Origin: Oligoflexia bacterium
GTDB taxonomy: Bacteria; Bdellovibrionota; UBA1018
Assembly: GCA_963758495.1 (NCBI GenBank)
Contig: CAVWVI010000003.1
Coordinates: 544,001-608,000, forward strand
Direction: 5' to 3'
Length of the DNA: 64,000 nt
Under the pieces are notes generated by a model. It was not told the origin of the DNA. It made no database searches and saw only the letters and a list, made by a program, of their open reading frames with translations. The position numbers and the translations under genes were made by a program. Each line of letters opens with the position of its first letter. Position 1 is the first letter of the stretch. This document shows, piece by piece, positions 28,816-39,641 of this stretch.

Positions 28816-30048
28816 TTATAGGATACGACGACGCTTGAGTGCACGTTCATACACGCCCAGTGTCTTAATAATTCTTTTTTTGCCATCATAATGAGCTTTT
28901 ACGTGTTCTCGGGCTCTCAAACCCATTTTAACCCTCTCTAAGGGGTGATCTAATAAAAACCGTATTTGCCGCTGAAGATCAAATGGATCATTAGGCCGAA
29001 CGGTAAGGCCAAACTCCTCTTGACCAACAATTTCTTCTGCGCTTCCACCTCTAGAGATAATAATTGGACATTCCATCGCCATGGCTTCTATGGCTACCAA
29101 CCCAAAGGCTTCTTGCCTGGAAGGCATCACAAAAATATCTAAAGCCTTCATGACTTCTGGAATATTTTCTTGATATCCTGCAAATAGTACATGATCGTCC
29201 AACCGAAACTGTCCTATCATTTGCTTCAGTTCTTCGAAGTAATTATACTCTGCGCCTATAGTTTCTTCTCCTACAATAACAAATTTTACCTTTTCTCCTT
29301 CATTCAGGCTTTTGAGTAAGCCGGCAGCTGCCTTGATAAAAGTGGCCTGACCTTTGGCGGGATCTATCCGACCCACTAAGCCAATGACTACTGTATTTTT
29401 ATCTACTTGCCACAAAGCTCTCTGCTGTTGTTCATTGACACGTGCAGGATCAAATAGATCAAAATCAAGTCCCAAATTGACGACTTTAATATCCCTTTCC
29501 TTTATGGAATGAGTTTCTAGGACATTTTTAAGGAGAGTTTGACTCATCACTATCAATGAGTCTAATCGACTATAAATAGCCCGATGAAAGAAATCCTTTT
29601 TACTGTGATTATTCATGATGTGCCGAGTGGCCACGAGAGCAATTCTAGGCTTTTTCCACAACCATGGAACAATTGAACCCAAAAGTGAAGTTTGGTGGGT
29701 ATGAATGAGATTAACGCCGTCATTAATAAATAAATTCAGCTCATTTCTAATTTTTAAATCAAAATAATTGCTTGGCTGATAAGAAAAGGGTGAAACTATG
29801 ATTTCGGCACGGTTAGCCAATTCCTCATGAAGAGGACTCCCTTCCAAGCAAAACACCCGAACCTTCAATCCCAGACTTGCAAGACTCAAAGAATCACTTG
29901 CAGCCACTTGCTCTAAGCCCCCCCAAGAACGAGAAAGACAAATCACAAGACAATTGAGACGGGCTTTAAGAATATCAACTAAGGGTGTTAACTGCTGTAA
30001 ATCACCGCGAAGGGCGGATGCCGGTTTTAATTGAATTCCAGACTGCAT
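28816..30048 (-). CDS. Glycosyltransferase family 4
   Basis: WGGLEQ, GRIDPAKGQ, EAFGLVAIEAMA. True start probably downstream of 30048. Confidence 0.9.
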   Translation of the reverse strand: MQSGIQLKPASALRGDLQQLTPLVDILKARLNCLVICLSRSWGGLEQVAASDSLSLASLGLKVRVFCLEGSPLHEELANRAEIIVSPFSYQPSNYFDLKIRNELNLFINDGVNLIHTHQTSLLGSIVPWLWKKPRIALVATRHIMNNHSKKDFFHRAIYSRLDSLIVMSQTLLKNVLETHSIKERDIKVVNLGLDFDLFDPARVNEQQQRALWQVDKNTVVIGLVGRIDPAKGQATFIKAAAGLLKSLNEGEKVKFVIVGEETIGAEYNYFEELKQMIGQFRLDDHVLFAGYQENIPEVMKALDIFVMPSRQEAFGLVAIEAMAMECPIIISRGGSAEEIVGQEEFGLTVRPNDPFDLQRQIRFLLDHPLERVKMGLRAREHVKAHYDGKKRIIKTLGVYERALKRRRIL

Positions 30049-31093
30049 CAGAACTGATTCCTTTCAAACAATCTAACTTCTTTTCTGGCGGCTGCAAACA
30101 AGTGTTACGTTCACAGGGCCAACAATCTACTGGATTAAATATCACTTGAACTTTTCCGGGCCCCAAAGGCTCGGTTCTTTTCAAATCACCTGCACCCCAC
30201 ACCACTTGAACAGGAGATCCGCAAAGGGCCGCCACATGGGCTAAGCCAGAATCATTACAAACCGAAAACTTTGCCTTTCGGAACAGCTTCCAATAAGAAC
30301 TGACTGTTCCTCTTCCCGTCCAATCAGACAACCTTAAGGAAGGATTGTCCGCAAGCCTCATCGCTAAAGAAGACTCTGCCGCCCCACCGATAATGACTCC
30401 CTCCCACTGAGTTTCTTGAGAAATCTGATAGGCTAAAGCCGTAAATTGATCTTCTGACCATCGGCGTGATTCAGCAGTGGCACCCGGAGCCAAAATCCAA
30501 AACGGTTTTTCTGGTGGATCGAACGCTTCTGCATCTGGCCAAGCTCTCTCAGCATCAAACGAGCTTAACACACCCGCAATGCCTGGATCGAGGTCATTAT
30601 CGGCAGGAATTCCCCAAAACCCTTTGATAGATCTTTGCAGCTGCTTCAGTTCGGGTAAGAGCGCCACATAGGATTCCGACCGATGCTCAGTTTCTTTACT
30701 ATTCCAAGCAACGACTTGATTGAGTAAAAATCTTCGCCCATCCTTATTATAGCCGCGTCGCACTTGCACATGAGAGCGAAATAAAAACCAAGCAGATGAA
30801 AATGAATCAGGCAGACAGATCCCCAAGTCCCAACTCCCTGCCACGCGCATCATTCGTGCTCCTTTTTCAATCGCATCCCAACGATTAAAAAAAGAGGAGT
30901 TCATCGGCCGAGGTAAAATAAAAACTTCATCGATCAGGTTTCGAAATTGAATCGCTTGCACCCACGGCACACAAGCCACAGTTATTTTAGCTGAAGGATA
31001 CGCTTCTCTTAAGTAATGAAAAAAAGGATAGGCTAAAATTTGGTCCCCAATCCAATTAGGAGATCGGATTAAAATCTTTTTTGGAACTTTCAT
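30002..31093 (-). CDS. waaF: LPS heptosyltransferase (GT9, WaaF-like)
   Basis: KILIRSPNWIGD, APGA..RRW, NDSGLAHVAA, CWPC. Confidence 0.8.
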   Translation of the reverse strand: MKVPKKILIRSPNWIGDQILAYPFFHYLREAYPSAKITVACVPWVQAIQFRNLIDEVFILPRPMNSSFFNRWDAIEKGARMMRVAGSWDLGICLPDSFSSAWFLFRSHVQVRRGYNKDGRRFLLNQVVAWNSKETEHRSESYVALLPELKQLQRSIKGFWGIPADNDLDPGIAGVLSSFDAERAWPDAEAFDPPEKPFWILAPGATAESRRWSEDQFTALAYQISQETQWEGVIIGGAAESSLAMRLADNPSLRLSDWTGRGTVSSYWKLFRKAKFSVCNDSGLAHVAALCGSPVQVVWGAGDLKRTEPLGPGKVQVIFNPVDCWPCERNTCLQPPEKKLDCLKGISSDAVWNSIKTGIRPSR

Positions 31094-32128
31094 TTAAGGT
31101 GCCTCAGCGGACTTACCTAACTCCACTTGCTTCAAATTCGCAACCACAACTCCAATTTTGACTTTTGCCTCAAGTCGAAGCGGTATTCTACGATCATCAT
31201 CCGTTAACCACAGAAAACTATCACCATTTTTTCTTAACATACCCTGAAATTTTATTTCAGGTTTAATTACAATGGCCGCTACTCGCCCCAATGGTGAATC
31301 TACTTTTTCTCTACGAACCACTGTACATACCCCTTCCAAAATTTTTCCTTCAGATACAATAGGAAGTGTGATGACAGCTCCTGTGGGTAGAGGAATTGTT
31401 CTTAAATAATAGAGTGCGGAAACAGTGTCTTGTGAAAAGGGGGCTATAGGTGAATATACTTTTGTTTCAATATACCCTTGGGCTTTACGAGTCCATCGAT
31501 TCCAATAGAAAGTTTGTTTCTTCTTAGAATCATAGAGTTCAAGGGAATCCCGAGTCTGTTTCGTTTCATCTAAAACGAGGTGAAATCGGTGTGAAAAAAA
31601 TCCATTATAATCTATAAAACTCTCCAACACATCATTCAGCCTATAGAAGAGGCTGAAAATCGATGAGCTAACGGCGCTCCCTTTGATATGATAAACTTTT
31701 CGATTATCCATATATTTAAAAGGTAATACCTGCACCACCATCTCCCCGGCAGGTAATCCAAAGTATAAAATATTATAAGTGAATTGTTCATTAACCCAGA
31801 TCGGATCTTTTTTGGGCCGACGATTTGGATAAACAAAAATCTTTTCTCCAACTTTTTTTGGGCTTGAATATTTATGACTCTGAGAAAAGCGACGTAGGTG
31901 CCCATGTCTTTTCTTTTTATGAGATATTTTAATTAAAATAGGATCGACTGCACTGTCAGGAGTACGGGAGCCAGCTTCTTTAATATCAAATCTTTCTTTG
32001 TAATCAGAAGAAAGATCCGCTGGCAGCTCATGACTCACAGTTACAGGTTTTATGGGGCCACTTACACAAGCCCCCAAGAAGCTCAGCAAAATGATGAAGA
32101 TTGCTTTGAATCTATTTTTCAGAAACAT
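31094..32128 (-). CDS. DUF3108-like lipoprotein
   Basis: Lipobox LGAC; E-x-F-x-Y; C-terminal LWLTDDDRRIPLRLEAKVKIG. Confidence 0.75.
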   Translation of the reverse strand: MFLKNRFKAIFIILLSFLGACVSGPIKPVTVSHELPADLSSDYKERFDIKEAGSRTPDSAVDPILIKISHKKKRHGHLRRFSQSHKYSSPKKVGEKIFVYPNRRPKKDPIWVNEQFTYNILYFGLPAGEMVVQVLPFKYMDNRKVYHIKGSAVSSSIFSLFYRLNDVLESFIDYNGFFSHRFHLVLDETKQTRDSLELYDSKKKQTFYWNRWTRKAQGYIETKVYSPIAPFSQDTVSALYYLRTIPLPTGAVITLPIVSEGKILEGVCTVVRREKVDSPLGRVAAIVIKPEIKFQGMLRKNGDSFLWLTDDDRRIPLRLEAKVKIGVVVANLKQVELGKSAEAP

Positions 32129-32251
32129 ACAGAAAGTTTACAAGAATAATTTAAAATAGTCGAGCCAGCGACCGTCAAACTCATACCGCTTCTAGCTAGC
32201 TGACAGCGGATTTTGCTGTGACCTGTCGACTGTGGCCTGAACGCTTACATG

Positions 32252-33181
32252 TCATTTTCTGACTCTCGGCTCATTCCACTCCGCCTCTCGCAAGGGAGAA
32301 AGATCACCTTTAAATCGACGGTGTGTCCAAAGCCATTGTTCTGGGTGGGCCAAAATCATTTTCTCTATGACTGCAGCATATTCAGCGGTATTTGCCGCCA
32401 GTTCATAATGAGCATTGGAAAAGGATTTCCATTCTAAAGGAGGTTTTACATTGACTTGCCAACGACCATCCTCCTTTCGAAAATTTTCAACCGGCAGCAG
32501 GGTTGCACCCGTCCGCTTCGCTAGAGTTGCCACAATCAATGGAGTCCCTACAGGTATCCCAAATAAAGGAACGCGAACTCCAACAGGAGGGCCTGCATAT
32601 TGATCCAATACAAAACCCACCGCTCCATTTTTTTTGAGATGCGATAAAACGTCTCTTAGCGTTTTCGGCTCATAGGTTGCACGAATTTGGCATTGAAGTC
32701 TGCCGGCTTCGATCGACTCATGAACCCATTCTGGCTTAAGATGTTTAGTGACTAAAAGCAAATCGGAGTGAGTCAGCAATCCTCCTGAGGCTGCCATCAC
32801 TTCCCAGTTCCCCACATGACTAGAAAGAAAAACCAATCCTTTACCCCGTTTTTTTGCTGCCTCAATATGCTCTATACCCGTGATGTCCACATATTTAAGT
32901 ACGAATTTCTTTAAGGGCCCAACCACAAGGAGAATTTCCAAAATTAAATTTCCCAAATGCTGATAGCTAGCTCGTAAAATTTTTTTCTGTAACTCAACTT
33001 GACCGGGAAAGGCGATGGCAAGGTTTTGATTCACGACAGTGACACGAAAGCGCGCCCAATAGCCTAACATTCCCAAGCAATTTCCAAAAAATAATTGAAG
33101 TTTTCTGGGCTGAATCCAAAAAAGATAACTCATCATGCGAAGCAATAAGATCATTACTTGCCCCATAAAATCCGTGACCAC
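32252..33181 (-). CDS. Lipid A late acyltransferase (LpxL/HtrB family)
   Basis: HVGNWE, VLDQ, PEQWLWTHRRFK. Confidence 0.9.
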   Translation of the reverse strand: MVTDFMGQVMILLLRMMSYLFWIQPRKLQLFFGNCLGMLGYWARFRVTVVNQNLAIAFPGQVELQKKILRASYQHLGNLILEILLVVGPLKKFVLKYVDITGIEHIEAAKKRGKGLVFLSSHVGNWEVMAASGGLLTHSDLLLVTKHLKPEWVHESIEAGRLQCQIRATYEPKTLRDVLSHLKKNGAVGFVLDQYAGPPVGVRVPLFGIPVGTPLIVATLAKRTGATLLPVENFRKEDGRWQVNVKPPLEWKSFSNAHYELAANTAEYAAVIEKMILAHPEQWLWTHRRFKGDLSPLREAEWNEPRVRK

Positions 33182-34140
33182 ACTTCCTGTCCTTCAATAA
33201 AAACTAATTTGGGTTCAATCACAATCACTTCTGATTGTTGGATTCCCAAATCCCGCCACTTCACCCAATCTTTGCCAGTCAGAGCTATTTTAGAATGATT
33301 CAGGGAGGCTGCTTTAAGCGTCTCTTGAATCCAAATCTTTTCGTATCGAGTATGATCTTTGAGTGAAATATGTTGAGTCACTCGATATCCGGATTGACGT
33401 GCTAATAAGGCTGCCGATTGACTATCTGCAATTCCGGTGATCAACCAATGCGAATCCACAGTAGGCGCTGACGGGAGTTCGTATTTCACTCGAACCATGG
33501 GTTTGCCACAAGAATCAGGTCGTTGATTTCCCTTAGTCCATACAAGAAGATCGGCATATTTCAAAGATCGATAAAAATCACGAAAAGGAACCTGCCCAGG
33601 TTTTGCCGAAGTTAACGCTACTATTTCCAAATCCTTTTGAATTCGCCAATGTTGAAATCCATCATCTAAAATGACGAGATCCACCTTTGAAGGCGATTTT
33701 TTAGAAATATTCCGAAATTGTCGAACTCGATCTGAGCCTATTCCAATCCATGCGTAAGGACAAAGCTCCTGCAAAAGAGCCACCTCATCCCCACATTGCT
33801 CAGCCTTCACAGAGCCTTCTCCTGGCTCAATCAAGCCCCCCTGAGACTCCCACTGACTTTTATAGCCTCGAGATAAAATACAAACAATCAATCCTCTTTC
33901 ATGAGCCTCTCGAGCAATATGAGCTACTAATGGTGTCTTACCCGTGCCTCCAGCTTGAAGATTACCTACACTGATCACGCGAGCATCCAGCCTGGTTTTC
34001 TTCAATCCACCCCAATGGGCTCCCCATCGTGCTACCTGAGAAGCTCCAGACCAAAATACCGATGCAAGGCTGATCCAAACTCTATGCAAATTACTTTCCT
34101 CGGATGGTTTGCACAGCTTGAATAATTTCCTGTGCTGCAC
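33154..34140 (-). CDS. lpxK: Tetraacyldisaccharide 4'-kinase
   Basis: VISVGNLQAGGTGKTP, LSRGY, GDE, ILDDGFQH, TGKDWVK. Confidence 0.95.
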   Translation of the reverse strand: MQHRKLFKLCKPSEESNLHRVWISLASVFWSGASQVARWGAHWGGLKKTRLDARVISVGNLQAGGTGKTPLVAHIAREAHERGLIVCILSRGYKSQWESQGGLIEPGEGSVKAEQCGDEVALLQELCPYAWIGIGSDRVRQFRNISKKSPSKVDLVILDDGFQHWRIQKDLEIVALTSAKPGQVPFRDFYRSLKYADLLVWTKGNQRPDSCGKPMVRVKYELPSAPTVDSHWLITGIADSQSAALLARQSGYRVTQHISLKDHTRYEKIWIQETLKAASLNHSKIALTGKDWVKWRDLGIQQSEVIVIEPKLVFIEGQEVWSRILWGK

Positions 34141-35335
34141 AAAAACTAGGGCTCAGGGAACCCATCGAGCCACAAACTCGTTCATGAAGCCTTTCAAATC
34201 CTTCAAACATATTTTTTCGCTTCACTGGATCGGTCATCAAAGCGATCACTTCTTCGGACAAAGATTTTGGAGTCACTTCGTCACATAAAATTTCACGAAC
34301 GAGATAGTCTTTTCCTGGTATCCAACCTGCAATTAAATTGACAAGACCCACTGGCCCCCGATACCGAATCAAATGCTTAAAAATCCAGGCTGATGTTCGA
34401 TTGGGTTTATAAACTATGGCGTGCGGACATCTCAATAGACCCGCTTCCAAAGTAGATGTACCCGACTTCACCAGCCCCGCATCCGCCGCAACTAAACATT
34501 CAGCAGCATCCCCTTGAGATATTTTCACCTCTAAAACAGTCCCGCCCCCCCCCTGATCGTGTAGGCGCTGCTTGACGCGACTTCGTATAGCCTCCAAATC
34601 CTCTAAATTCGTGGTTACAGGAAAAGGCAGTAAAACTTTTAATGCCTCACGAGGAGCTAAAAATCCCTGCTTTTGTAACTGCGTCGCCGCAAGTAACGCT
34701 GAATCTAACATTAAATTTAAATGGACTTTAATCTCAGAAGCACGACTCCCCGGCATCATAATCAAGACTCGATCCGAGTCCAATAAAGAGAGTTTTTTAC
34801 GAGCATCCGATCGAGTCAGGTCCAGCGGAAGTTCATCCAATAAAGGATTTCCAACGTATTTTACAGAAATATTCAAATTACGATAAAAATCTTCTTCAAA
34901 TGGAAGTATACAGAGGATTTTTATAAAAAACCTTCTTAAGAACTCAACTCTTCTTTTTCTCCAAACCCATACCTTGGGTGGAATATAGAAGACCATAGGG
35001 ATTCCTAATTTTTTAAACCGTCGAGCCAGTCGAAAATGAAAGTCTGGATAATCAATCACTACCGCGATATCAGGCCTCATCTGTCTGGCCTCTGTCGTAA
35101 GCAGATTCAATGCTCGAAAAATCCTCGGTAAATGACGAAGGATTTCAATAAATCCCATTGCCAAAAGCTCACGCGCGTCTACTACCGCACGAAGCCCTGC
35201 TGCTTGAAGTTTTGGTCCACCCACTCCAAATGCTTCAACACTCTCAGCAGATGGAACTTGTGCTCGAATAGCCCTAAGAAGTTCGGCACCGTGAGCATCA
35301 GACGAAGTTTCTGCAGCTGATATTAAAATTCGCAA
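34091..35335 (-). CDS. lpxB: Lipid-A-disaccharide synthase
   Basis: ISAAETSSD, IDYPDF, PPKVWVW, LPFE, YVGNPL, PGSR, SGTSTLE. Confidence 0.96.
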   Translation of the reverse strand: MRILISAAETSSDAHGAELLRAIRAQVPSAESVEAFGVGGPKLQAAGLRAVVDARELLAMGFIEILRHLPRIFRALNLLTTEARQMRPDIAVVIDYPDFHFRLARRFKKLGIPMVFYIPPKVWVWRKRRVEFLRRFFIKILCILPFEEDFYRNLNISVKYVGNPLLDELPLDLTRSDARKKLSLLDSDRVLIMMPGSRASEIKVHLNLMLDSALLAATQLQKQGFLAPREALKVLLPFPVTTNLEDLEAIRSRVKQRLHDQGGGGTVLEVKISQGDAAECLVAADAGLVKSGTSTLEAGLLRCPHAIVYKPNRTSAWIFKHLIRYRGPVGLVNLIAGWIPGKDYLVREILCDEVTPKSLSEEVIALMTDPVKRKNMFEGFERLHERVCGSMGSLSPSFCAAQEIIQAVQTIRGK

Positions 35336-35383
35336 AGGTCGGTCTCCAGATGAGCGCCCGATCAGCGCTAAATTAGTACCCGA

Positions 35384-36160
35384 TTAGCGAACAACACCCG
35401 TTTCGCTTTTACGAATAAATGAAGTAAAAATCTGAATTTCTGGAATGTCACCATATTGAGATTCGATTTCGAGTAAACATTGCTCTTTTTGAATATCCGC
35501 TCGTGTCCAAAGCTTAATTGCTTCATTAATTTTTTGGATTTTCTCTGTAGGAAACCCACGACGCTTCAATCCCACAATATTAGTCCCTTTAACTGAACAA
35601 GGCCGAGAACCCACTGCGATCACGTAGGGCGGAACATCACGCTCCAAGCCAGATTGGCCCCCTATATAAGAATGCGCACCCACTCGTACAAACTGCGAAA
35701 CTCCTGTCATTCCACCAATCGTGACATAGTCTTCTAAAATGACATGTCCCGCTAGCCCACCATAATTCGCAATAATACAATGATTCCCCACAATACAATC
35801 ATGCCCTAAATGAGTATAGGCCATCAGTAAACTATGATTTCCAATACGAGTGACACCCCCACCTTGTGCTGTTCCAAGGTTCAAAGTCACTCCCTCACGA
35901 ATCGTATTATGATTACCAATGATCAGTTGCGTCGGCTCACCTTTGTATTTCAGATCTTGGGGAATAGCACCCAAAACACTGAATGGGAAAATAACATTAT
36001 CTTCGCCGATCTCTGTCCGCCCATCAATCACCACATGACTCATTAAGCGCGTTCCACGACCCAATTTAACCCGAGAACCGATGGTACACCAGGGTCCGAT
36101 TTCTACTGAAGGATCAATTTCAGCACCAGGAGAAATTTGTGAAGTGGGATGAATCATCAT
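35384..36160 (-). CDS. lpxA: UDP-GlcNAc O-acyltransferase
   Basis: Hexapeptide repeats, PQDLKYKGE, MAYTHLGHDC. Confidence 0.97.
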   Translation of the reverse strand: MMIHPTSQISPGAEIDPSVEIGPWCTIGSRVKLGRGTRLMSHVVIDGRTEIGEDNVIFPFSVLGAIPQDLKYKGEPTQLIIGNHNTIREGVTLNLGTAQGGGVTRIGNHSLLMAYTHLGHDCIVGNHCIIANYGGLAGHVILEDYVTIGGMTGVSQFVRVGAHSYIGGQSGLERDVPPYVIAVGSRPCSVKGTNIVGLKRRGFPTEKIQKINEAIKLWTRADIQKEQCLLEIESQYGDIPEIQIFTSFIRKSETGVVR

Positions 36161-36672
36161 GACTCCTTGTCAATATTTGTCGCCAAGTTCGCTAATATTT
36201 CTGCTTCAGCAACTTTCTGGCCCTCTACTGATACGGTACATTGAAATGCCCAAAGTTTTCCACGACGTTTACTCACGACCGTTTCAATTCTCATAGAATC
36301 TCCGGGCACCACTGGTTTACGAAATCGAGCGCCATCAATGCCTACTAGAATACACTGAAAATCGCGGGACAATCGATCAATATCTTTGCCAATACTGGGA
36401 TAAACAGAAAAACTGGCCACTTGGGCCATAGTTTCAATAATTAAAACCCCAGGGACAATTGAAAATCCTGGAAAATGCCCTTGGAAATAGGGTTCATTAA
36501 AAGTTACGTTCTTCAGTCCTACTACGCGGGTACCCACTTCAGCACTTGGAAAGGGCTGGTCGGTTCCTCCAGCTGGATGAATTTCCAGAATTCGATCCAC
36601 TAATAAAAAGGGGGTCCGATGAGGCAAAAATCTTTGAATTTGATTCACATTAAGGCGATAGGGGTTTTCCAT
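36157..36672 (-). CDS. fabZ: 3-hydroxyacyl-ACP dehydratase
   Basis: LPHRTPFLLVDR, NEPYFQGHFP, PGVLIIE. Confidence 0.97.
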   Translation of the reverse strand: MENPYRLNVNQIQRFLPHRTPFLLVDRILEIHPAGGTDQPFPSAEVGTRVVGLKNVTFNEPYFQGHFPGFSIVPGVLIIETMAQVASFSVYPSIGKDIDRLSRDFQCILVGIDGARFRKPVVPGDSMRIETVVSKRRGKLWAFQCTVSVEGQKVAEAEILANLATNIDKES

Positions 36673-37748
36673 TATTTTAATCTCCGTTTTTCAAGCAACT
36701 TACTCAGTAATGCGTGCGCGCGAAAGTGTTCTTTAGAATCTCGTTGCGGATTTCCAACTGCCGTCCCCCCCGGCGGCACATCTTTAGTCACTAAAGTCAA
36801 TGCGCCCACACTTCCGCCATCCCCCACATGCACATGATTTGTAATTCCTGTGAGACCGCCAATATAAGCATACTTGCCTACACTCGCATTCCCTGCCAAA
36901 CAAGTTCCCCCACAAATCACAGCCCCTTCGTCCAATCTAGAATTATGACCGATATGAACCAAATTATCGAGTTTGGAGTTTTTACCCACTCGAGTCTCAC
37001 CTAGAGTTCCACGGTCCACACAGCTATTAGCTCCGATTTCTACATCATCCTCCACAACGACATGACCTAAATGATAGATCTTCTGATGACCTAGAACCTG
37101 CTTTCCATTACGCTTCGGAGCATAGCCAAATCCATCTGCACCTAAAACACTTCCAGCATGAATCCGAACTCGATTTCCCAACCGAGTCCATTCATACAAG
37201 GTTACATTTGGAAACAAGGTACACTGTTCACCTAAAACACATCGAGGTCCCACATAGCAGCCGGGATATAAAACCGTCCCAGCTCCTATTTTGACACCCT
37301 CTTCAATTACGCAGTGCGGTCCTATCTTCACTCCAAGCGCTAACTCTGCTGATGCCGCTACCACTGCAGTAGGATGAATAGCCGCGACCTCACGACTCAA
37401 CAAAGGTGGAGCAACCGTAGATAATTGGGCAGCAAATTTTTCAGAGAGAAGAGCCATTGCTAAGTAAGGATCTTCACACGCTACCACTGCCGCTGAAGAC
37501 CAAAATGGGAGATTCGCTTTTTCTAGCGGTCTCACAAAGGCCTCTCCGGTAATCAGGACTCCAGGATGAGCCGTCGAAAGTTCATTTTCAAAAGCACGAG
37601 AAAAAAAGAATGCCAAATTCGAAAGGCCTGCCACTCCTAAGGGGGTGGGTCTATCTACTGAAATGGACTCTAAACGTGCGCCCAGAAGACTTGAATTCAC
37701 AACTCGGCCCGAAACACACTCAACAATCTCTTTTAACGAAAGTGGCAC
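36672..37748 (-). CDS. lpxD: UDP-3-O-acylglucosamine N-acyltransferase
   Basis: GADGFGY, DVEIGANSCVDRG, KLDNLVHIGHN. Confidence 0.97.
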   Translation of the reverse strand: MPLSLKEIVECVSGRVVNSSLLGARLESISVDRPTPLGVAGLSNLAFFFSRAFENELSTAHPGVLITGEAFVRPLEKANLPFWSSAAVVACEDPYLAMALLSEKFAAQLSTVAPPLLSREVAAIHPTAVVAASAELALGVKIGPHCVIEEGVKIGAGTVLYPGCYVGPRCVLGEQCTLFPNVTLYEWTRLGNRVRIHAGSVLGADGFGYAPKRNGKQVLGHQKIYHLGHVVVEDDVEIGANSCVDRGTLGETRVGKNSKLDNLVHIGHNSRLDEGAVICGGTCLAGNASVGKYAYIGGLTGITNHVHVGDGGSVGALTLVTKDVPPGGTAVGNPQRDSKEHFRAHALLSKLLEKRRLK

Positions 37749-37788
37749 TCTTATAAGACCTCGATGTCAGCTGAATATTGACTCTGAC

Positions 37789-38346
37789 TTACTCTTCTTT
37801 AGATTTTGATCCAGATTTTGACTGTTTATCAAAAAGTGAAATCACTTCTGCGGTTAAATCATCCTTATCCAAAGAATAGAGTACCGTATTTTCATTTTTT
37901 TCCAGAACAACCGTATAATCGCGCTTTTTTGCTGCTTCTGCAATCAATGTGCGAAGTTTTACAATAATGGGCTGTGTTAAGTCGCGTTCTTTTTGTTGAA
38001 TTTCTTGCTGAGAGCGTCCCGTGAGCTCTTGGAATTTCATGATTCTGTCTTGAAGCTCAGCTTGTTTCTTCGCACGTGCCTCATCACTCATCACAAGAGA
38101 TTGCTTCTTAAATTCTTCTGTCATTTTTTTGATCGAAGCTTCTTCTGTTTGAAGTTGTTTTCTTTTAGCATTGAACTCTTTTTCGAGCTGAATCTTTGCT
38201 TTTTTTCCAGAGTCTACGTTCTGCAAAGCCCTCTGCATGTCCACAGTACCAATTTTGACCTGCTCTTCAGCAGCAAAAGCAATTCCAGACATTCCCACTG
38301 ACACTACGAGTAAACTTAAAGCTTTTAAAACCGTACCTGTTTTCAT
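37789..38346 (-). CDS. skp: Skp/OmpH chaperone
   Basis: Signal peptide, KIGTVDMQ, coiled coil, DLTAEVI; upstream of lpxD. Confidence 0.93.
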   Translation of the reverse strand: MKTGTVLKALSLLVVSVGMSGIAFAAEEQVKIGTVDMQRALQNVDSGKKAKIQLEKEFNAKRKQLQTEEASIKKMTEEFKKQSLVMSDEARAKKQAELQDRIMKFQELTGRSQQEIQQKERDLTQPIIVKLRTLIAEAAKKRDYTVVLEKNENTVLYSLDKDDLTAEVISLFDKQSKSGSKSKEE

Positions 38347-38458
38347 GAAACTCTCCTGATGCCTAATCTGTCTAGGCCGATGTTATACCGATATAGGGAG
38401 CAGAAAATCACAACCTATCTCGAATTACAAGAGTGCAGGTCAATTACAAGAGCGAAGA

Positions 38459-39387
38459 TCAGCCTCTTAACATGCTTCTATTTTGAACCGCGATTTTTCT
38501 GAATTCACTCGATATTCTTGTGTCTTGACATACCTTCTCCCAGTATTGAATTGCGATCAAGAGCGCCTCTTTCCAGCTACCCAAAAGCGTGTGATCATAG
38601 GTAGGAAGACTCAATATTTTTCCTGTATCTTCGCCTCCAGCACTGGGTGCGTAGAGCATAGGAAGCATGTCATACACTGGAGTGAGTGCTACTTGACTAT
38701 CGCCAGGCTGCCAGAAAAATGAAAGGTTGCCTGGATGTCGATCAGAATTTGCAATCAATCTGCCGAAGCACTCTAGTTTCTGGATGGTTCTCAAATCATC
38801 TTCTGAGATTTTTTTCTCGCGTTCAAGTAATTTTCCAGACACTGCCCAGTTCTCTCCATGCCCAGTCCATTCGTTTTCAAGTGCTGACAGCGAAAGAACC
38901 CCTTTTCTTCCACTTAGCCCTACGCGATCGAAACGGATCGTTTCCAGGAAAGTTCGTCCCCTAGCCTCAATGATTCTAGCCTCTGCCGCGGTAACACCCT
39001 GGTCGCGCAAGGTCTCAAGTGCAAGTGCTTCACAGATCAAAAGGTCACGCCATCTTTGCGAAGCAAGCGTAGTTTGCATATGGATTTTCACATTTATGAG
39101 CGTCGATGATTTCAGCTTTGCTATGAATCAGGGATTGATAACGTTCAAATGATTGTGCTCCGACCAGAATGTTTCCTGTAAGGTCTTCGCCGCGATTTGC
39201 TATTGCTTCAAGAATGTCATCATTGTTCCAATCCAATATCCGCAATGGCAGTCTCAGGTCAGTATGTTTTTGGCTGAATGCTCTTCCTAAAAAACCTTGA
39301 GGTCGAATGTCATCCAGGTAGACTTGCGGGACTGAGAGGACCTTCGGTACGCAGAATAGATAAGAGTGGATCAGAGAACTGGCTCAT
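38459..39387 (-). pseudogene. yjjJ: HipA-family kinase YjjJ-like, broken by two deletions/frameshifts
   Basis: Fragments MSQFSDPLLSILRTEGPLS / YLDDIRPQGFLGRAF...GEDLTGNILVG / RWRDLLICE...RFDR...IANSDRHPGN...PVYDMLPM, joined by frameshifts. The GSSAGGEQPK-type P-loop segment is absent. Confidence 0.8.
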
Positions 39388-39607
39388 TTTTGAATGATTA
39401 AGTGACTGATAAAATGAAAATAAATACCTATAACTTCAAATAGTTACATTATAATTAGTCATATATAATGAATGATAAGTTTTAGATTTAAAATGCATTT
39501 ACATTGATAGAGGTGCTAAGCATTTTTTTCGCAATCAAGATTGCGAAGACTTTTTAAAACCATTTATTTTATTTTAACTATATGAAATTATATGGTAATT
39601 ATAATTA

Positions 39608-39636
39608 TTGCGACATTTTTAATTTTGTCGTAATAT
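39608..39636 (+). promoter_or_regulatory. Putative sigma70 promoter with overlapping inverted repeat
   Basis: TTGCGA-17-TAATAT, 5 nt before ATG 39642; overlapped by ATTGCGACA...TGTCGTAAT. Confidence 0.55.
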
Positions 39637-39641
39637 GAAGT

